Shown here: positions 60,875 to 64,000 of the stretch, piece by piece
How positions within the stretch are numbered: position 1 is the stretch's first letter
How the letters are laid out: the number at the start of each line of letters is the position of its first letter
Assembly (NCBI GenBank): GCA_002862745.1
Contig: PKDX01000026.1
Span: 7,947 to 71,946 of the forward strand
Direction of reading: 5' to 3'
Source of the DNA: Bacteroidota bacterium
GTDB taxonomy: Bacteria > Bacteroidota > Bacteroidia > Chitinophagales > UBA8649
Length of the DNA: 64,000 nucleotides
Notes under the pieces: generated by a model
What the model saw: the letters and a program-made list of their open reading frames with translations, nothing else
What the model was told of the DNA's origin: nothing
Database searches by the model: none
Made by a program: the position numbers and the translations under genes

Positions 60875-62086
60875 ATGCGTGGTCATAATCTTTTAAGTGC
60901 CCTTGTTGCTATACGAAGTTCTGGGTTCAGAACCTTCCTGACAATTCTTATAATTTCCATTGGTGTTGCAGGTCTTATCGCTATGCAGTCCGCCATTGTC
61001 AGCATAGAATCCAACCTCACGAGCCAGTTTGTTGATCTTGGCGCGAACTCTATAAAGGTGGATGATAATGTCATACAAGAGGCAGGCCAAAATGACGTTC
61101 CACCAATTACCCTGGATGAAGCACGCAGATGTGCCAATCATTTTTTGGAATTGGGCTTCGCTACTTCTTTTCATCGCCGATTTAAACCCAATACGAAGAT
61201 TACATTTTCATCTCGATCGACAAATCCAAATATCAGTTTGATTGGGGGTAACTTGCATTACATTGCGAATAATGGATATTCGTTAGCGTATGGACGAAAC
61301 TTTTCTGAGGCAGAATCCATGTATGGTAGTCCCTCCGTTATACTTGGCAGTGAAACGGCTGATGCCTTAGGCATAGGGAAGGATGAGCTTGCCAGTGGGA
61401 GCATAGTTATTGATGGCCTCAGGGTTAACGTTATTGGTATATGTACTTCAAGAGGGAATAGTCAAAATTCGAATGATCGTTTTGTGGTGTTGCCGGCATC
61501 CTATCTAGATCAACAATACACCGAAGAGGGGAGCTATGATATTGTGGTTAATGTTCCAGATGATATTAGTCCAATTCGAGTTGAGCAAGAAATTATTGGC
61601 GTCTTTCGTCAAATACGGGGTATTGAGGCGGCCATGCCGAATGACTTTCGAGTCATTCGCAGTGAAAAGCTCTATTCTGAGCTTAACACGCTGGTTTTAA
61701 GTCTATCAGGCGCAACCCTAGTCATCGGACTGTTAACCATTCTTGCGTCAGCTATAGCCCTCATGAATATGTTACTTGTCGCTGTTGGAGAACGTCAACG
61801 CGAAATTGGCCTAAAAAAGTCTTTAGGCGCTCGAAGATCTTCTATTACGTGGCAGTTTTTATATGAATCAATAACCCTATGCTTGTTGGGTACTTTTCTA
61901 GGTGTAGTACTGGGTTTGACTACGGGGTATTTTGTCGCTGACTATCTCGAGGGACCTTTTATTATTCCTAGTCAGTGGATTGGAGCATCCTTTATAGTCA
62001 CCCTCTTTACAGGAATTAGTGCAGGCATTTTACCAGGTATCAGAGCGGCTAGGCTTGATCCTATTGTGGCACTCCGAACGGAGTAA
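60875..62086 (+). CDS. ABC transporter permease (MacB/FtsX family)
   Basis: RTFLTILIISIGV, GRNFS, ERQREIGLKKSLGA and AARLDPIVALR motifs. Start moved to ATG 60875. Confidence 0.9.
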   Translation: MRGHNLLSALVAIRSSGFRTFLTILIISIGVAGLIAMQSAIVSIESNLTSQFVDLGANSIKVDDNVIQEAGQNDVPPITLDEARRCANHFLELGFATSFHRRFKPNTKITFSSRSTNPNISLIGGNLHYIANNGYSLAYGRNFSEAESMYGSPSVILGSETADALGIGKDELASGSIVIDGLRVNVIGICTSRGNSQNSNDRFVVLPASYLDQQYTEEGSYDIVVNVPDDISPIRVEQEIIGVFRQIRGIEAAMPNDFRVIRSEKLYSELNTLVLSLSGATLVIGLLTILASAIALMNMLLVAVGERQREIGLKKSLGARRSSITWQFLYESITLCLLGTFLGVVLGLTTGYFVADYLEGPFIIPSQWIGASFIVTLFTGISAGILPGIRAARLDPIVALRTE

Positions 62087-62129
62087 CTAAAAAGGTTAGA
62101 GAGGGTAGAGATTAAATCTCAGTGTTGGT

Positions 62130-62588
62130 TTACTGCTCAGGAACTACTTCAAGCTCCATTTCGGCTTGAATATCTTCGAACAAACGAATGATTGCTTTGT
62201 ATGTTCCTAAGGTTTTGATTTCACCCGCAGGGAGGATTATATCGCGTCTATCCACTGTGATGCTAAACTGATCTTGAATCGATTGGGCAAGTTGATGAGT
62301 CGAAACACTACCGAATATTTTATCTGTAGTTCCAACTTTAGCACTGATAGATAGTTTTGCAGACTCAAGCACAGCAGCTGACTTGTTGAATTCCTCAACA
62401 AGCGCAGCCCGTTTCGCTTCTCTTTCTTCTCTGCGTGATTCCCATGCAGCCTTTGCTTCGGCTGTCGCAGCTTCAGCGATTCCTTGTGGAATTAGGAAGT
62501 TTCTTGCATAACCTGCTTTTACAGATACTAGATTTTCTGCTATGCCTAATCCTTTAACATCTTTTTTTAAGATAATCTCCATGGTCAA
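62130..62588 (-). CDS. rplI: 50S ribosomal protein L9
   Basis: VKAGYARNFLIP and KIFGSV. Confidence 0.98.
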   Translation of the reverse strand: MTMEIILKKDVKGLGIAENLVSVKAGYARNFLIPQGIAEAATAEAKAAWESRREEREAKRAALVEEFNKSAAVLESAKLSISAKVGTTDKIFGSVSTHQLAQSIQDQFSITVDRRDIILPAGEIKTLGTYKAIIRLFEDIQAEMELEVVPEQ

Positions 62589-62855
62589 TTATTTCAAAAG
62601 GTCTGTTTGATATGGAAGGAGCGCTAGGTGTCGAGCTCTTTTAACCGATTGGGCAACTTTACGCTGATACTTTAGGCTATTACCCGTTATACGTCGCGGA
62701 AGTAACTTCCCTTGTTCGTTAATGAAACTCATAAGAAAATCAGGATTCTTATAGTCCACAAACTTGATATTGTACTTTTTAAAACGACAATACTTCTTTT
62801 CTGCCTTACCGATGTTTACGGTGCGAAGAAAACGTACATTTTTATTCGTTGCCAT
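62589..62855 (-). CDS. rpsR: 30S ribosomal protein S18
   Basis: VDYKN, GKLLPRRITG and KRARHLALLP. Confidence 0.99.
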   Translation of the reverse strand: MATNKNVRFLRTVNIGKAEKKYCRFKKYNIKFVDYKNPDFLMSFINEQGKLLPRRITGNSLKYQRKVAQSVKRARHLALLPYQTDLLK

Positions 62856-62859
62856 AATT

Positions 62860-63222
62860 CTAATTCTCTTGTTCTTCAGAAACTACCTCTGGAGCAGATT
62901 GCTTATTTCTCTTCTTCTCATTGTACTCCACCCCGTAACGGTCAAGTGCAATGGTTAAAAAGCGTAGGATGTTTTCATCTCTTCGAAACGCTAATTCTAA
63001 CGTGTCGATAAGGTCACCATTCGATTGAAACTCAAAGTGATGGTAGACTCCAGTGGTTTTCTTTTCAATGGCATATGCCAATTGCTTTAGGCCCCAGGCT
63101 TCTTCATTAATGATTTTACCACCATTTGATTCGATGAATTTCTTGTAGGTGCTAACAGTCTCCTTAACCTCTTTTTCAGATAGCACGGGAGTAATAATAA
63201 ATGTAGTCTCGTAGTTTTTCAT
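62860..63222 (-). CDS. rpsF: 30S ribosomal protein S6
   Basis: YETTFI and WGLKQLAYAI. Confidence 0.99.
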   Translation of the reverse strand: MKNYETTFIITPVLSEKEVKETVSTYKKFIESNGGKIINEEAWGLKQLAYAIEKKTTGVYHHFEFQSNGDLIDTLELAFRRDENILRFLTIALDRYGVEYNEKKRNKQSAPEVVSEEQEN

Positions 63223-63248
63223 TGCTTACCGCTTTTTCAAACGGATTG

Positions 63249-63256
63249 CAAATATA
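63249..63256 (-). promoter_or_regulatory. -7 promoter element of rpsF-rpsR-rplI
   Basis: Minus-strand TATATTTG, about 26 nt upstream of rpsF. Confidence 0.7.
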
Positions 63257-63406
63257 GTTAAGTTCTGCTTAGTGACCCGCTTTTTTCAAAGAATATTTAG
63301 GCGAATAGCAATCTTGTGCTGATAGATGGAAAAGATCAGAGAATAAAACGCTTCTTCATTAAAAAGGAGGATTAGACTTAGGAGTGAATGGTCGAATTTA
63401 TAGGGC

Positions 63407-63437
63407 AAAAAAAAGGGCGGACATGACGTCCACCCTT
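63407..63437 (-). terminator. rplT intrinsic terminator
   Basis: Minus strand AAGGGTGGAC-GTCAT-GTCCGCCCTT followed by a T run. Confidence 0.85.
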
Positions 63438-63488
63438 AAACATAACCAACAACCTGTTCTAAAGGTATTGATAATTCTTAACAGTTTC

Positions 63489-63839
63489 TTAATCTTTCTT
63501 CAAAAAGTTCACAATTTCTTTAAAAGATGCCGGATCATTCATCGCTAAGTCAGCTAGAACCTTACGGTTAAGGTTAATATTAGCCTGCTCTAGCGCGTGA
63601 ATAAACGTACTGTACGTCATGCCATGCTCGCGAACACCAGCGTTGATTCTTTGAATCCAAAGTGCTCGGAACTCTCTCTTTTTAAGTCTTCGGTGAGCAT
63701 AAGCATATTGAAGTCCTTTGTCTACTGCATTTTTCGCGACAGTCCAGACATTCTTACGACGACCGAAGTATCCTTTGGCTAGTTTATAAACCTTTTTCTT
63801 TCGAGCCTTAATGGCGGGGTGGTTTGTAGCGCGTGGCAT
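63489..63839 (-). CDS. rplT: 50S ribosomal protein L20
   Basis: [17 protein letters not shown] and [10 protein letters not shown]. Confidence 0.99.
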   Translation of the reverse strand: MPRATNHPAIKARKKKVYKLAKGYFGRRKNVWTVAKNAVDKGLQYAYAHRRLKKREFRALWIQRINAGVREHGMTYSTFIHALEQANINLNRKVLADLAMNDPASFKEIVNFLKKD

Positions 63840-63878
63840 AGTTTCTCTTTATTGATTATCAGGAATAGTTTCTCAAAT

Positions 63879-64000
63879 TTATTTCAAGCCTAGCATTCGC
63901 TTCACGCGTGGCTCATCTCCTTTAAAGATGATATCAGACTTTGATAAATTTTTCTTCTGCTTCTTTGTTTTAGCGTTAGCAAGGTGACGTAAATACGCTT
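63879..64000 (-). CDS. rpmI: 50S ribosomal protein L35 (partial; 5' end outside window)
   Basis: Translated by hand: AYLRHLANAKTKKQKKNLSKSDIIFKGDEPRVKRMLGLK-stop, directly upstream of rplT. Confidence 0.9.
   Translation of the reverse strand, partial: AYLRHLANAKTKKQKKNLSKSDIIFKGDEPRVKRMLGLK

Noticed and set aside
62856-62895. Possible Shine-Dalgarno autoregulation of rpsR
   Set aside because: The upstream sequence GAACAAGAGAATTAGAATT-ATG has no strong SD at a usable spacing.
63361-63427. AAGGAGG followed by a 12-codon plus-strand ORF
   Set aside because: Very short, runs through the rplT terminator, and SD motifs carry little weight in Bacteroidota.

Overview
Bacteroidota chromosomal window, likely from a non-Flavobacteriaceae lineage (inference). 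Supporting signs: a SusC/SusD pair, T9SS C-terminal domains, Gln after the signal peptides, TAnnTTTG promoters, no Shine-Dalgarno use, secY-map-infA order and a mitochondrial-type aconitase. 0.25-18.6 kb is an alpha-glucan (starch/glycogen) utilisation locus with an atypical make-up. It holds a signal-less GH31, SusC, SusD, a lipocalin-like surface lipoprotein, a two-domain putative glucan-binding protein, a T9SS protein of four CBM-like repeats, a modular T9SS GH13, two lipoprotein GH13s and a maltose-type MFS transporter with an apparent extra helix pair. No SusE/F and no regulator are visible. 18.7-32.6 kb is housekeeping: DUF2279, phosphoglucomutase, DUF5916, a methyltransferase, RNase P RNA, an NtrC-family regulator, rnz, STAS, clpC, SET and pepP. 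32.7-50.7 kb is the str/S10/spc/alpha ribosomal cluster, with an unusual structured rplV-rpsC spacer and an L17 carrying a tandem-repeat acidic tail. After it come two paralogous orphan lipoproteins, carA, eno, ftsB-yqeY-cvpA-trpG, aconitase, an ABC permease, rpsF-rpsR-rplI and rpmI-rplT. No tRNA, rRNA, CRISPR array, prophage or intact IS was seen. All family calls come from motifs read by eye; no database search was run. The best candidate for an undescribed system is the accessory binding and transport set of the alpha-glucan locus.
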